Below are positions 17,057 through 26,207 of a stretch of DNA of 64,000 nucleotides, one piece after another. Numbering within the stretch: the first letter of the stretch is position 1; each line of letters begins with the position of its first letter. This DNA comes from Candidatus Poribacteria bacterium (GTDB taxonomy: Bacteria; Poribacteria; WGA-4E; WGA-3G): assembly GCA_965215265.1 (NCBI GenBank), contig OZ244048.1, forward strand, positions 3,807,812-3,871,811, in the 5' to 3' direction. The notes below the pieces were generated by a model. It was not told the origin of the DNA and did not search any database. It saw only the letters and a list, made by a program, of their open reading frames with translations. Made by a program: the position numbers and the translations under genes.

Positions 17057-19606
17057 ATGGGAATAAAGAAATCACAACTTTACGCGTCTCTATGGGCGAG
17101 CTGCGATGAGCTGCGCGGTGGGATGGACGCATCACAATACAAAGACTATGTGCTGACACTGCTTTTCCTGAAGTCTGTGTCGGATAAGGCGGCAGTGCAT
17201 GGAGATGCGACGCTGATTGTCGTCCCCCCTGGCGGGGGGTTCTCCGATATGGTGAAGTTGAAGGGGAACAAAGACATCGGTGACAAAATCAATAAAATCA
17301 TCGGAAGATTGGCAGACGCCAATGAACTGAAAGGTGTGATAGATCAGGCGGATTTTAACGATGAGAGCAAACTGGGCAGAGGGAAAGAGATGCAGGACCG
17401 GCTCTCGAAACTGGTTTCTATTTTTGAGGGGCTTGATTTACGGGGGCATAGGGCATCGGCTGAGGATCTGCTGGGTGACGCGTATGAGTATTTGATGCGG
17501 CATTTCGCGACGGAGTCAGGGAAGAGTAAGGGACAATTCTACACCCCTGCGGAAGTGTCGCGCGTAGTGGCAAAAGTTATCGGCATCGGCCCAGACACGC
17601 CCCAATATAGGACTGTCTATGATCCAGCGTGTGGCTCCGGGTCTCTGTTGCTGAGGGCAAATGCGGAGGCGCCGCGGGGGCTGTCGGTTTACGGACAAGA
17701 GAAGGATCATGCGACTTACGCGCTGGCCAGGATGAACATGATTTTGCACGATACGGCGACGGCGGAGCTCTGGCATGGTAACACGCTCTCCGCGCCCTAC
17801 TTTCTGAACGCGGAGCATGGTTTGAAGACGTTCGATTTTGCGGTTGCGAATCCGCCGTTCTCGGACAAAGCGTGGTCAAACGGGCTGAATCCTGTGCATG
17901 ACGCTTATGGCCGTTTTGCGTATGGAGTGCCGCCTGCGAAGAATGGAGATTATGCTTTTCTGCTCCATTTCCTCGCCTCGTTGAAGAGCAACGGGCAGGG
18001 GGCGATAATCTTGCCGCATGGCGTGTTGTTTAGAGGGAATAGAGAAGGGGAGATTCGGAAAGCGTTGGTCAAGCGTGGGTTCATCAAGGGGATAATCGGG
18101 TTGCCTGCGAATCTGTTCTACGGTACCGGCATTCCCGCGTGTATTCTGGTTATTGACAAGGAGAAGGCGCCTGCGCGCCGTGGCATCTTCCTGATAGATG
18201 CGAGCCGGGGGTTCCTGAAGGCGGGTAACAAGAATAGGCTGCGTGCGCGAGATATTGATAAAATAGTGAGGGTGTTCACCGAACAGCGGGAGATGGCGGG
18301 TTATGCGCGGCTGGTGCCCGTGTCTGAGATTGCGAGTGCTGCGAACGCCTACAATCTGAACATCCCGCGCTATATCGATGCGAGCGAGGCGGAAGATTTG
18401 CATGACTTGGATGCCCACCTGAACGGTGGGATTCCTGAGAGTGAGCTTGCCAGCTTGGAGGGGTATTGGAAGGTATTCCCGACATTACGTGAGGAGTTGT
18501 TTGAGAGTGGCATCCGGCCGGGCTATAGCGATGTGCGCGTGGAAGCAGAAGCAGTGAAAAGCACGATTGTAGGACATCACGAGTTAGAAGTTTACCGGCG
18601 GGGGGTTGAGAGGTGTTTTCACGCTTGGCGTGAGGTTCACACGCGGCGTCTGTTTGGCATTGAGGTAGGGACATCGCCTAAAGCGGTAATTGATGCGTTG
18701 TCTGCGGATTTACTGACGTACTTTGCAGACGCGCCGCTGCTGGATGCGTATGATGTCTACCAAGGATTGATGGATTATTGGGAAGCGGTGATGCAGGACG
18801 ATGTGTATCTTATCGCTGCCGAGGGGTGGCGTGAAGGGGTGAAACCGCGCGCGCTGATTCAGGATAAGCGGATCAAGGAGGCACCGGACCTCGTCGTCAA
18901 GCGCAAGAAATATAAGCTGGATCTGATACCGCCGGGTCTGATTGTTGCACGCTACTTTTCGGATGAGCAGGCGGCTATAGAGTGCCTCCAAGCGTCGCAT
19001 GAAAGGGCAGCGCAGGAAGTTGAGGCGTTCGTTGAGGAACACGCCGCAGAGGGTGGTGCGCTGGCTGGGCTTGAAGGGGCGCGAGGCATAAGCAAGGGGA
19101 ATGTGCTACAGCGCGTGATGGAGTATAGGGACATTATTTTGAGGGAGTTTGCTGAAGGCACTGCTGCGTCTGAACAGGCGAAAGCGATTAAGAAAGCGAG
19201 TTTCGGTGCTTGCGCCTGGACGAAGGGCGTGAAGGATGCCGGGTGTCTGTTTGCGGAATTGGACGTTCTTTATGAGTATCTGCAGCTGATAGGGGAGGAG
19301 ACGCGCCTGCAGCGGCTGCAGAAAGAGACATCAGAGGCGCTGGCGGTTTCGGTGCTTGGGAAGTATGCGGAGCTGCGCGAAATAGAGATTAAGACGTTGG
19401 TAGTGGAAGGGAAGTGGTTAGCCAGTATCCATGGGGCGATTGAGGCGGAAATAGAAGGGGTGACGCAAGCGTTGACGGGGAGTGTGCAGGGGTTGGCGGG
19501 GCGTTATGCGATGCCGTTGCGAGAATTAGCCGTCAAAGTGTCAGCGTTCAGCGCGCAGCTGGAAGTGCATCTGAAAAATATGGGGATAGAGTGGACAGGG
19601 ATATGA
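17057..19606 (+). CDS. hsdM: Type I restriction-modification methyltransferase subunit HsdM (N6-adenine), with ~350-aa C-terminal extension
   Basis: HsdM N-terminus LYASLWASCDELRGGMDASQYKDYVLTLLFLKSVSD. Motif I VYDPACGSGSLL. Motif IV VANPPFS. 849 aa versus ~520 for a canonical HsdM. Confidence 0.9.
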   Translation: MGIKKSQLYASLWASCDELRGGMDASQYKDYVLTLLFLKSVSDKAAVHGDATLIVVPPGGGFSDMVKLKGNKDIGDKINKIIGRLADANELKGVIDQADFNDESKLGRGKEMQDRLSKLVSIFEGLDLRGHRASAEDLLGDAYEYLMRHFATESGKSKGQFYTPAEVSRVVAKVIGIGPDTPQYRTVYDPACGSGSLLLRANAEAPRGLSVYGQEKDHATYALARMNMILHDTATAELWHGNTLSAPYFLNAEHGLKTFDFAVANPPFSDKAWSNGLNPVHDAYGRFAYGVPPAKNGDYAFLLHFLASLKSNGQGAIILPHGVLFRGNREGEIRKALVKRGFIKGIIGLPANLFYGTGIPACILVIDKEKAPARRGIFLIDASRGFLKAGNKNRLRARDIDKIVRVFTEQREMAGYARLVPVSEIASAANAYNLNIPRYIDASEAEDLHDLDAHLNGGIPESELASLEGYWKVFPTLREELFESGIRPGYSDVRVEAEAVKSTIVGHHELEVYRRGVERCFHAWREVHTRRLFGIEVGTSPKAVIDALSADLLTYFADAPLLDAYDVYQGLMDYWEAVMQDDVYLIAAEGWREGVKPRALIQDKRIKEAPDLVVKRKKYKLDLIPPGLIVARYFSDEQAAIECLQASHERAAQEVEAFVEEHAAEGGALAGLEGARGISKGNVLQRVMEYRDIILREFAEGTAASEQAKAIKKASFGACAWTKGVKDAGCLFAELDVLYEYLQLIGEETRLQRLQKETSEALAVSVLGKYAELREIEIKTLVVEGKWLASIHGAIEAEIEGVTQALTGSVQGLAGRYAMPLRELAVKVSAFSAQLEVHLKNMGIEWTGI

Positions 19607-19699
19607 GCAAACACAACCCAAGCTCCGTGTGAGTCGGACAGTTCGCGTGATTTCAAGCCCTCCCCAAAGCGGTTCAGCGGGGCGTGGCAGACGAAGCGA

Positions 19700-20923
19700 T
19701 TGGGGGAAATTGGTGACATAACAGGAACTGGAGTTAACAAAAAAGTGAGTCGTGATGAGTTGCCTGTCCGGCTTGTGAACTATCTTGATGTCTACAACAA
19801 GACCTTTTTGTATTCAAAAGATTTGACGCACTATGTTACAGCGAAACCGGATCAGGTTCGGCGCTTTGCAGTTGAAAAGGGTGATATTTTCTTCACGCCC
19901 TCCTCGGAGATACGTGAAGATATAGGTCGCTGTGCGGTAGCAATGGAGGATATTCCGGATGGTGTTTATAGTTATCACGTTATCCGGTTGCGTTTGAAAA
20001 CGAATTGGGACCTTCGCTTTCGTGCTTATGTTTTTGACACGAAGGGATTCCTCGATCAAGCCAGCAGAGAGTGTGATGGGAGTGGAACGCGGTATGTCAT
20101 AAGCCTGCCAAAATTCCGTGGGATGGTTGTTCGTTTTCCTGAAAATATAAAAGAACAAGCTGCCATCGCGGAAGTCTTATCGGATGTGGATGGACTCATC
20201 AACTCGTTGGAGGCGCTGATTGCAAAGAAGCAGGCGATAAAACTCGCGGCGATGCAGCAACTGCTGACGGGTAAAACGCGGCTGCCAGGGTTCACAGACG
20301 AGTGGAATAAAATAAAGATGGGAGAGATTGGTTCAATTTACGGTGGTTTGTCAGGAAAAAGTAAAGCCGATTTTGGAGGGGGTAATGCACGGTATGTGAC
20401 GTTTCTAGGGGTTTTAGAAAACGTTGTCCTTGACTTCCGCCACACCGCCCCTGTTCATGTCGGTCCGAGTGAATCACAAAACTTGGTTTTGAAGGGAGAC
20501 TTACTGTTCAACAGTTCGTCCGAGACTCCGGGGGATTTGGCAATGGGTGCGGTGATGGATGAACAATTGGAGAATCTATATCTCAACAGTTTTTGCTTTG
20601 GTTTTCGGGTTCACGATGAGCGTAAATCTTTTCCACGATTCCTCGCGTATTTTTTCAGAGGAACTGTTGGGCGCGCTATTATGAATGCTCTCGCACAAGG
20701 GAGCACGCGATATAACGTGTCAAAGAATCAATTCCTTTCGCTTGAGCTGTCCATACCTTCTTGTGATGAGCAACGTGCCATCGCGGAGGTATTATCGGAT
20801 ATGGATGGGGAGCTAGCTGCACTGGAGAAACAAGTTGAGAAGATACGTGACATCAAAAAGGCGATGATGCAGGAGCTCCTGACGGGGCGGACGCGGCTCG
20901 TGATTCCTGAAGAGAGCAGTTAG
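19700..20923 (+). CDS. hsdS: Type I restriction-modification specificity subunit HsdS
   Basis: Two target-recognition halves separated by the conserved repeat AIAEVLSDVDGLINSLEALIAKKQAIK...LLTGKTRL / AIAEVLSDMDGELAALEKQVEKIRDIKKAMMQELLTGRTRL. The listed start is TTG. The frame is open back to the hsdM stop with no ATG, so the true start is uncertain. Confidence 0.8.
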   Translation: MGEIGDITGTGVNKKVSRDELPVRLVNYLDVYNKTFLYSKDLTHYVTAKPDQVRRFAVEKGDIFFTPSSEIREDIGRCAVAMEDIPDGVYSYHVIRLRLKTNWDLRFRAYVFDTKGFLDQASRECDGSGTRYVISLPKFRGMVVRFPENIKEQAAIAEVLSDVDGLINSLEALIAKKQAIKLAAMQQLLTGKTRLPGFTDEWNKIKMGEIGSIYGGLSGKSKADFGGGNARYVTFLGVLENVVLDFRHTAPVHVGPSESQNLVLKGDLLFNSSSETPGDLAMGAVMDEQLENLYLNSFCFGFRVHDERKSFPRFLAYFFRGTVGRAIMNALAQGSTRYNVSKNQFLSLELSIPSCDEQRAIAEVLSDMDGELAALEKQVEKIRDIKKAMMQELLTGRTRLVIPEESS

Positions 20924-21066
20924 TTAACCCGATTTTGCGCGTCGGTATTCGGCACAGCGCGAATGGGCCCGTGGTGGAGAGACGAGAGTTGAAGGCACTT
21001 CATTTAAATCTGACTGAGAATGCGGGAAAAGTCAAAACTGTTCAACAGTTTGCTGTTTCAATTCAA

Positions 21067-21096
21067 TTGACATCGTGGTCGAAAGTGTTGTATCAT
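21067..21096 (+). promoter_or_regulatory. sigma70-like promoter for rpn-like gene
   Basis: TTGACA-N18-TATCAT, 14 nt upstream of ATG 21110 (near-leaderless). Confidence 0.35.
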
Positions 21097-21109
21097 ATTC
21101 ACTAGGGTT

Positions 21110-22045
21110 ATGATGCGAGAACAATCGCCGGATCACGTGCTCCCCCAGAGTCGGTATGATATTGTGACGAAGAACATCATGGGCGTGTTCGGGGAACAGA
21201 TTTTGCGCTTTCTAACTGAAAACAACGAGCTCCACTTCATTGAACAGCTCGAGACAGAGTTACCGACCGTTGAAATGCGCCGGATGGATAGTTTGTGCAA
21301 GGTGTCTCTGAATGGAGAATCGGTGTTAGTGCATTGTGAGTTTCAAGTAGGGGATAGCACTCAACTAAGGATGGAGCGCCGCAATGTGGGATATCTAGGT
21401 CGGGTGCATGAAAGATACGGGTTGCCGGTGCTATCGCATGTGATTTATCTACGCCCGGATGCCGGGCGGCGTGACACGGGGGTTTACCGTCATGAGGTGC
21501 GGGGTTACCTTTATGTTGTTGAATATAAGGTGATTCGTCTGATAGAACAAGATGGTGGCTCAGTTTTGAATGCGGGTGCTGCGGGGCTGCTACCATTTGC
21601 GCCGTTGATGCGCCCTCCTGCTGGTGTAGACAAGCTGCAGTGGGCGGCTGAGTGTCATGAAGCTACAAAGTCCGTTGCGTTTCCCTCGGCTATCCGGAGT
21701 AATTTATTGGTATCGCAGTGGGTGCTGAGTGGTTTGATTCATGATTTGGGTGCGATTTCAGCATTTATCACGGAGGACATCATGCAAGAATCTTCGGTTT
21801 ACCAACACATCATCCAACAAGGTATTGAACAAGGTATTGAAAAAGGCGAACGAAAAAACGCACTGGACTCGCTCTTTGATGTGCTGGATGTGCGTTTTGA
21901 TGAGAGTGCAGTGGAAGAGATAAAGTCGCATTTGGAACAGATTGAAGATGTGGAACGTCTGCGGCGCTTGCTCCGTGAAGCGGTGCGCGTGGAAACGCTC
22001 GATGCCTTCCAACGCGTATTGCAAAGCAACGGTGAATTTGCATAA
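21110..22045 (+). CDS. Rpn/YhgA-like recombination-promoting nuclease / putative transposase (PD-(D/E)XK), C-terminal DUF4351-like
   Basis: ...VLVHCEFQVGDS... core typical of the Rpn family. Acidic helical C-terminal tail. Immediately 3' of hsdS. Confidence 0.5.
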   Translation: MMREQSPDHVLPQSRYDIVTKNIMGVFGEQILRFLTENNELHFIEQLETELPTVEMRRMDSLCKVSLNGESVLVHCEFQVGDSTQLRMERRNVGYLGRVHERYGLPVLSHVIYLRPDAGRRDTGVYRHEVRGYLYVVEYKVIRLIEQDGGSVLNAGAAGLLPFAPLMRPPAGVDKLQWAAECHEATKSVAFPSAIRSNLLVSQWVLSGLIHDLGAISAFITEDIMQESSVYQHIIQQGIEQGIEKGERKNALDSLFDVLDVRFDESAVEEIKSHLEQIEDVERLRRLLREAVRVETLDAFQRVLQSNGEFA

Positions 22046-22094
22046 GCAGTTGCAGCATCGGATGCTCTCGCCTCAATTCCGGTTTTGAACAAAT

Positions 22095-23063
22095 ATGCGA
22101 ATTGATTGCCAAAGCCACATATTTCCGCGTGCCTATATCGAGGTGCTCGCGCAGAATCCACATCCGCCACAAGTGATTCTCCTTGGGACTGAAGCTGTGG
22201 TTACATACGGTGATGTGCAGCAGTTTAGGTTACAAGACGAGGCGTACGACCCGAGGCGAAAACTGGCGGACATGGATGCAGCGGGGGTTGACATGGCCCT
22301 GCTCAGCACCAACATTCCATCTCCGTGTATGCTGGCTCCGGAGTTAGGGCTTACAGGTGCACAAGCGATTAACGATGCGATTGGTGCAGTCGTAGATGCA
22401 CATCCGGATCGGTTTGCAGGGTTGGCGTGCCTCCCATGGCAGAATCCAGAAGAGGCTATAAGCGAAATGGCGCGGGTCAACCGGATGGGGTTCCGTGGCA
22501 TCATGCTCTATTCCCATATCGGGGGTGCCCCGGTCGATGAGGCACGGTTTATCCCAATTTATGCATACGCTGAAGCAATAGGGATGCCAATCGTTATGCA
22601 TCCGACGGTTCCTACATGGGGTGCGGCAATCAAAGAACATTGGATGATAGGTATGATGGGGCTACAAGTGGATTGTAGTTTCGCGTTGTTGCGTTTAATT
22701 CTCAGCGGCATTTTGGAAAGGCATCCGCACTTACAATTCGTGATGCCTCATGTAGGCGGGATTCTCCCGTATATGAGCGGCCGGATTGACCATCAGACGG
22801 AGGTACTTGGCAGGGCACGAGAACATATTAAGCGACCGCCGAGTGCTTATTTACGCCATATCTATTTGGATACGGTGTCGCCTTCAGCCCAAACTTTACA
22901 CTATGCGTATCAATTTTCTGGGGCACATCGACTGCTATTCGGGACAGATCATCCGTGGGTTGAGATGCCCCGGTTTGTCCGTCTGATTGAGGAGATGCAC
23001 ATTCCTGAAAAGGATAAAGCACGAATTTTTGCGGATAATGCCCGATCGCTGTTTAGGTTATAG
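22095..23063 (+). CDS. amidohydrolase-2 family protein (ACMSD-like metal-dependent hydrolase/decarboxylase)
   Basis: N-terminal RIDCQSHIFP (His metal ligand). C-terminal LFGTDHPW motif. Confidence 0.7.
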   Translation: MRIDCQSHIFPRAYIEVLAQNPHPPQVILLGTEAVVTYGDVQQFRLQDEAYDPRRKLADMDAAGVDMALLSTNIPSPCMLAPELGLTGAQAINDAIGAVVDAHPDRFAGLACLPWQNPEEAISEMARVNRMGFRGIMLYSHIGGAPVDEARFIPIYAYAEAIGMPIVMHPTVPTWGAAIKEHWMIGMMGLQVDCSFALLRLILSGILERHPHLQFVMPHVGGILPYMSGRIDHQTEVLGRAREHIKRPPSAYLRHIYLDTVSPSAQTLHYAYQFSGAHRLLFGTDHPWVEMPRFVRLIEEMHIPEKDKARIFADNARSLFRL

Positions 23064-23122
23064 ATACGGCTAGCCAATCAACAGATTGCTTGTACAGTTT
23101 CGGACAAATGAGGTTTTAGGAC

Positions 23123-23926
23123 ATGTCACATGAATTGACAGACGCACAACGGTTCTTTTTTGAAAACAACGGATATTTGATGCTTGAAAGTTTTCTGAAA
23201 GCATCGCATGTGGAGGCCCTGCGCGGCGCGCTTGGTGCCTCCGTTGAAAAACGGCGGGAATGCGAACGAAAAGGGCTCCCTCAGACGGGGATGACACATA
23301 TTCACGGTGAGAAAAGCACACGCATTTTCTACATTCTCGGCGATCATCCGCTGTTTTTAGAGTTGCTGGATTGGCAGCCGATTTTGCCGTATGTTACGAC
23401 GTTGCTCAGTAAGAAGCCGCACCATCATGCATCGGATGCTATCGTCGAACATGGTACTGATTTGATGGAACGCCCGATGGGGTGGCATATTGATGGGCAC
23501 GATGAAGGTTACCGCAATCTTCGCCCGATTCCGCTCTTGCAGCTCAAAATTGGTTATTATCTCACCGATATGAGAGAGGGGGGGCAAGGCAATCTTTGGC
23601 TGATACCGGGTAGTCACAAGGCAATGTACGATCCGAACCACGAAGACCTTCGCTATCCTTCCGAGTATCCTGGAGCCATAGAAGTCTGTGCACCCCCGGG
23701 TAGCGCGATTCTGTTCCACAACGCGCTGTGGCATTCGTCAGGGATGTTTACGAACCCGAACGGCTGCCGCGAGATGCTTTATTACGCCTACGAACACCCC
23801 TGGATGATAGCTTCTCAAGAGCATTGGGGCTATCCTAAGGCATTCTATAACACGCAGCTTTCGGCTGCGCAGCGGAAGCTTTTTCACGGATTTGTGTTTG
23901 ACCCGCCGGAACAACGGTGGGGATAA
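23123..23926 (+). CDS. phytanoyl-CoA dioxygenase (PhyH) family Fe(II)/2OG oxygenase
   Basis: N-terminal LTDAQRFFFENNGYLMLESFL. HxD...H facial triad (WHIDGHDE ... WHSSG). Confidence 0.75.
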   Translation: MSHELTDAQRFFFENNGYLMLESFLKASHVEALRGALGASVEKRRECERKGLPQTGMTHIHGEKSTRIFYILGDHPLFLELLDWQPILPYVTTLLSKKPHHHASDAIVEHGTDLMERPMGWHIDGHDEGYRNLRPIPLLQLKIGYYLTDMREGGQGNLWLIPGSHKAMYDPNHEDLRYPSEYPGAIEVCAPPGSAILFHNALWHSSGMFTNPNGCREMLYYAYEHPWMIASQEHWGYPKAFYNTQLSAAQRKLFHGFVFDPPEQRWG

Positions 23927-23946
23927 GACGGCTGGAGGGACCTGGC

Positions 23947-24825
23947 ATGCATTTGACAGAATCTCAAGTTTCGTTCTTTGAGGATAACGGTTACCTATTG
24001 CTGGAAGATGCCTTGGGTGCAGACGATTTGGCACCAGTGATTGCCGAGTACAGTGCGTTGATTGCGGAACGTGCGCGGCAATTGTACAACGATGGGAAGG
24101 TGAATTCCGTCTATCAGGATAAGCCGTTCACGGAACGTTTGCTTCGTCTCGCTAACGAAGCCCCGGAAGTAACAGCGAATTTGGACATCATGCAGGCACG
24201 GGGAGAAGGGACGTTTAACTTTCTTAAGCATCCTAAGATTCTGGACATAGCGGAATCGTTTGTCGGTTCTGAGATCATCTGCAATCCGATCCAACACATT
24301 CGGGCGGTGCTGCCACAGCGGAGTTCGCCGCGTGCAACCACGCCGTGGCATCAGGATGCCGGGGTGTGTTGGCCCGATACGGATGCCTACTTTATGCTGA
24401 CGGTGTGGATACCGATAGTGGATGCAACATTAGAAAACGGCTGCCTCCAGGTGATGCCGAGGAGCCATAAACAGGGTTTGTTGAAGCACGATTGGACACC
24501 GAACGGGTTGGAAGTGCTGCCAGAAAATCAGCCGGCTGCGCTCCAACCGAAACCGCTCCCTATCCGAGCCGGTGGCGTTATCTTATTTCACAATTACACA
24601 CTCCATAGCGCGAGGCCGAACGAGTCTACCAGCATCCGCTGGAGTTTTGATCTTCGTTACCACGACGTTTATCAACCGACGGGGCGGCCGTTTTATCCTG
24701 CGTTCCTGATGCGAAGCCGTGTGAGGCCGCAAGCGATGCAGACAGATTATGAGACGTGGTGTCAACGTTGGGAATTTGCGTTGGAGCATTCCAAAGGCGC
24801 ACAGGCCTACCGTTGGCTGCGGTAG
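23947..24825 (+). CDS. phytanoyl-CoA dioxygenase (PhyH) family protein, second paralogue
   Basis: LTESQVSFFEDNGYLLLEDAL N-terminus. HQD...H triad. ATG 23947 with SD GGAGGG. Confidence 0.75.
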   Translation: MHLTESQVSFFEDNGYLLLEDALGADDLAPVIAEYSALIAERARQLYNDGKVNSVYQDKPFTERLLRLANEAPEVTANLDIMQARGEGTFNFLKHPKILDIAESFVGSEIICNPIQHIRAVLPQRSSPRATTPWHQDAGVCWPDTDAYFMLTVWIPIVDATLENGCLQVMPRSHKQGLLKHDWTPNGLEVLPENQPAALQPKPLPIRAGGVILFHNYTLHSARPNESTSIRWSFDLRYHDVYQPTGRPFYPAFLMRSRVRPQAMQTDYETWCQRWEFALEHSKGAQAYRWLR

Positions 24826-25008
24826 GAAAGGCTATTTGTATATTTCAGCACGTTAATGACTGATGTTTTGATAACCTTAGCACAAACCTCGTCGCCCGCC
24901 CACCTAAATCCTCTGATGTTTAGAATCATAACCTAGAACGGCTCTGGCGAGATGTACACGGGAACTTATCAAAGCATAAAGCGGTGTGGGGCTCTAGTAT
25001 ACAAAAAT

Positions 25009-25425
25009 ATGATGACTATATCTGATCTGCCGGCACTCAATGCCACATTAAATACAATCAGTGGGATACTGCTGATAAGGGGTTACATGCTGATTCGGCA
25101 ACGGAAAATTGTGGCACATAAAAACTGTATGCTCGCTGCGTTTGCGGTTTCAGTCCTTTTTCTTGTTTCTTATCTAATCTACCATTATAACGCCGGCTCA
25201 AAACCGTTTACCTTGCAAGGATGGATCCGGTATGTCTACTTTACCATCCTGATTTCGCATATCATTTTGGCGTTTCTGATTCCGCCGTTGGCTCTGCGGA
25301 CGCTCTATCTGGCATGGCGAGAACGGTTCACGCAGCACCGTCGTATCGCAAAGATAACGTTGCCGATATGGTTATATGTTTCAGTGACAGGAGTGTTGAT
25401 TTATCTGATGTTATATCAGTTGTAA
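25009..25425 (+). CDS. DUF420 family membrane protein
   Basis: Four-TM ~140-aa protein with a DUF420-like conserved N-terminus (LNATLNTISGILLIRGYMLIR). Confidence 0.55.
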   Translation: MMTISDLPALNATLNTISGILLIRGYMLIRQRKIVAHKNCMLAAFAVSVLFLVSYLIYHYNAGSKPFTLQGWIRYVYFTILISHIILAFLIPPLALRTLYLAWRERFTQHRRIAKITLPIWLYVSVTGVLIYLMLYQL

Positions 25426-25494
25426 AAGCAGTATTTCATATAGTGCAGCCCCACAATGCCTGATGTTGTGTCAATCACTGTGTACATCTCCTGA

Positions 25495-25745
25495 CAGGTT
25501 AGGTATTCTTTGTCTGTCCTTCAGAACAGACAAGTAGCGAGATAGGTATCTTTCTCTGTCCATGAGAGAAGATAACCTTTTACTCGCCACCCATTGGGCT
25601 AACCTTATCCATGCCATCTATAGATCCGAGCCTGCTTAGGTATAGTCTTTTGAAGTCAAAGCATCAGAAGGCTCCGACGAGATTTGTGCTAAGGTTATCA
25701 AAACATCAATCAGTATTGGGCTTCTGTAGACGAAAAAACGGAGAT
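25495..25745. repeat. composite repeat: family B (hairpin unit) followed by family A module
   Basis: GGTATTCTTTGTCTGTCCTTCAGAACAGACAAG...CCATCTATAGATCC, then GGCTCCGACGAGATTTGTGCTAAGG...TATTGGGCTTCTGTAGACGAAAAAA. Near-identical to 27610-27900. Confidence 0.7.
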
Positions 25746-25748
25746 TTT

Positions 25749-26204
25749 CTAATCAGCAGGCTTCTGTTCAGCGAGCTGAACAATGCCTTTGAAAAACCGG
25801 CCGATCGTCATTTTCGCCGCACTCCTGATAATACGCTGACCTACACGTGCGAGTTTGCCTCCTACGTTCAATTCGCCAACCAAGCCGATTTGAGTGTTGC
25901 CCAGCCCAGTTTCTTCCAGGGTGAAGTCACAGAAACCGTTGAGGAACCCGATTTTGCTTTTTCCGTCAACCACCAACCGATATGATGAAGGTGGTTTTTT
26001 ATCCAAAATCTTCACATTTCCTTGATAAGTGCCTTTAATCGAGGCGATTCCGACCTTAATGGTCGCCTCAAAAGTGCTTTCATCTTCTAAGGGCTCAAGT
26101 TTCTCACACCCCGGAATGCACTGTTGCAGAAATTTTGGTGTTGTTAAGTAGTGCCACACTTTGTCTTGGGAGGCAGGCACGTTGTAATTGCTTGTGATTT
26201 GCAT
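25749..26204 (-). CDS. SRPBCC-fold protein, CoxG-like (carbon-monoxide dehydrogenase subunit G family)
   Basis: 151 aa. MQITSNYNVPASQDKVWHYLTTPKFLQQCIPGCE is typical of the CoxG N-terminus. Confidence 0.7.
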   Translation of the reverse strand: MQITSNYNVPASQDKVWHYLTTPKFLQQCIPGCEKLEPLEDESTFEATIKVGIASIKGTYQGNVKILDKKPPSSYRLVVDGKSKIGFLNGFCDFTLEETGLGNTQIGLVGELNVGGKLARVGQRIIRSAAKMTIGRFFKGIVQLAEQKPAD

Positions 26205-26207
26205 GGG

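Noticed and set aside
17516-19161. Stack of 100-180-aa minus-strand ORFs inside hsdM (e.g. 17876-18418, 18276-18674)
   Set aside because: They lie antisense to a strongly supported HsdM reading frame in a GC-rich segment where long spurious ORFs are expected. Their products are Arg/Pro/Ser-rich low-complexity.
17057-19606. Could the 849-aa HsdM be an HsdM-HsdR fusion supplying the missing restriction subunit?
   Set aside because: The C-terminal 350 aa contain no Walker A/B, DEAD/DEAH or helicase motifs and no nuclease motif. It is an extension of unknown function, not HsdR.
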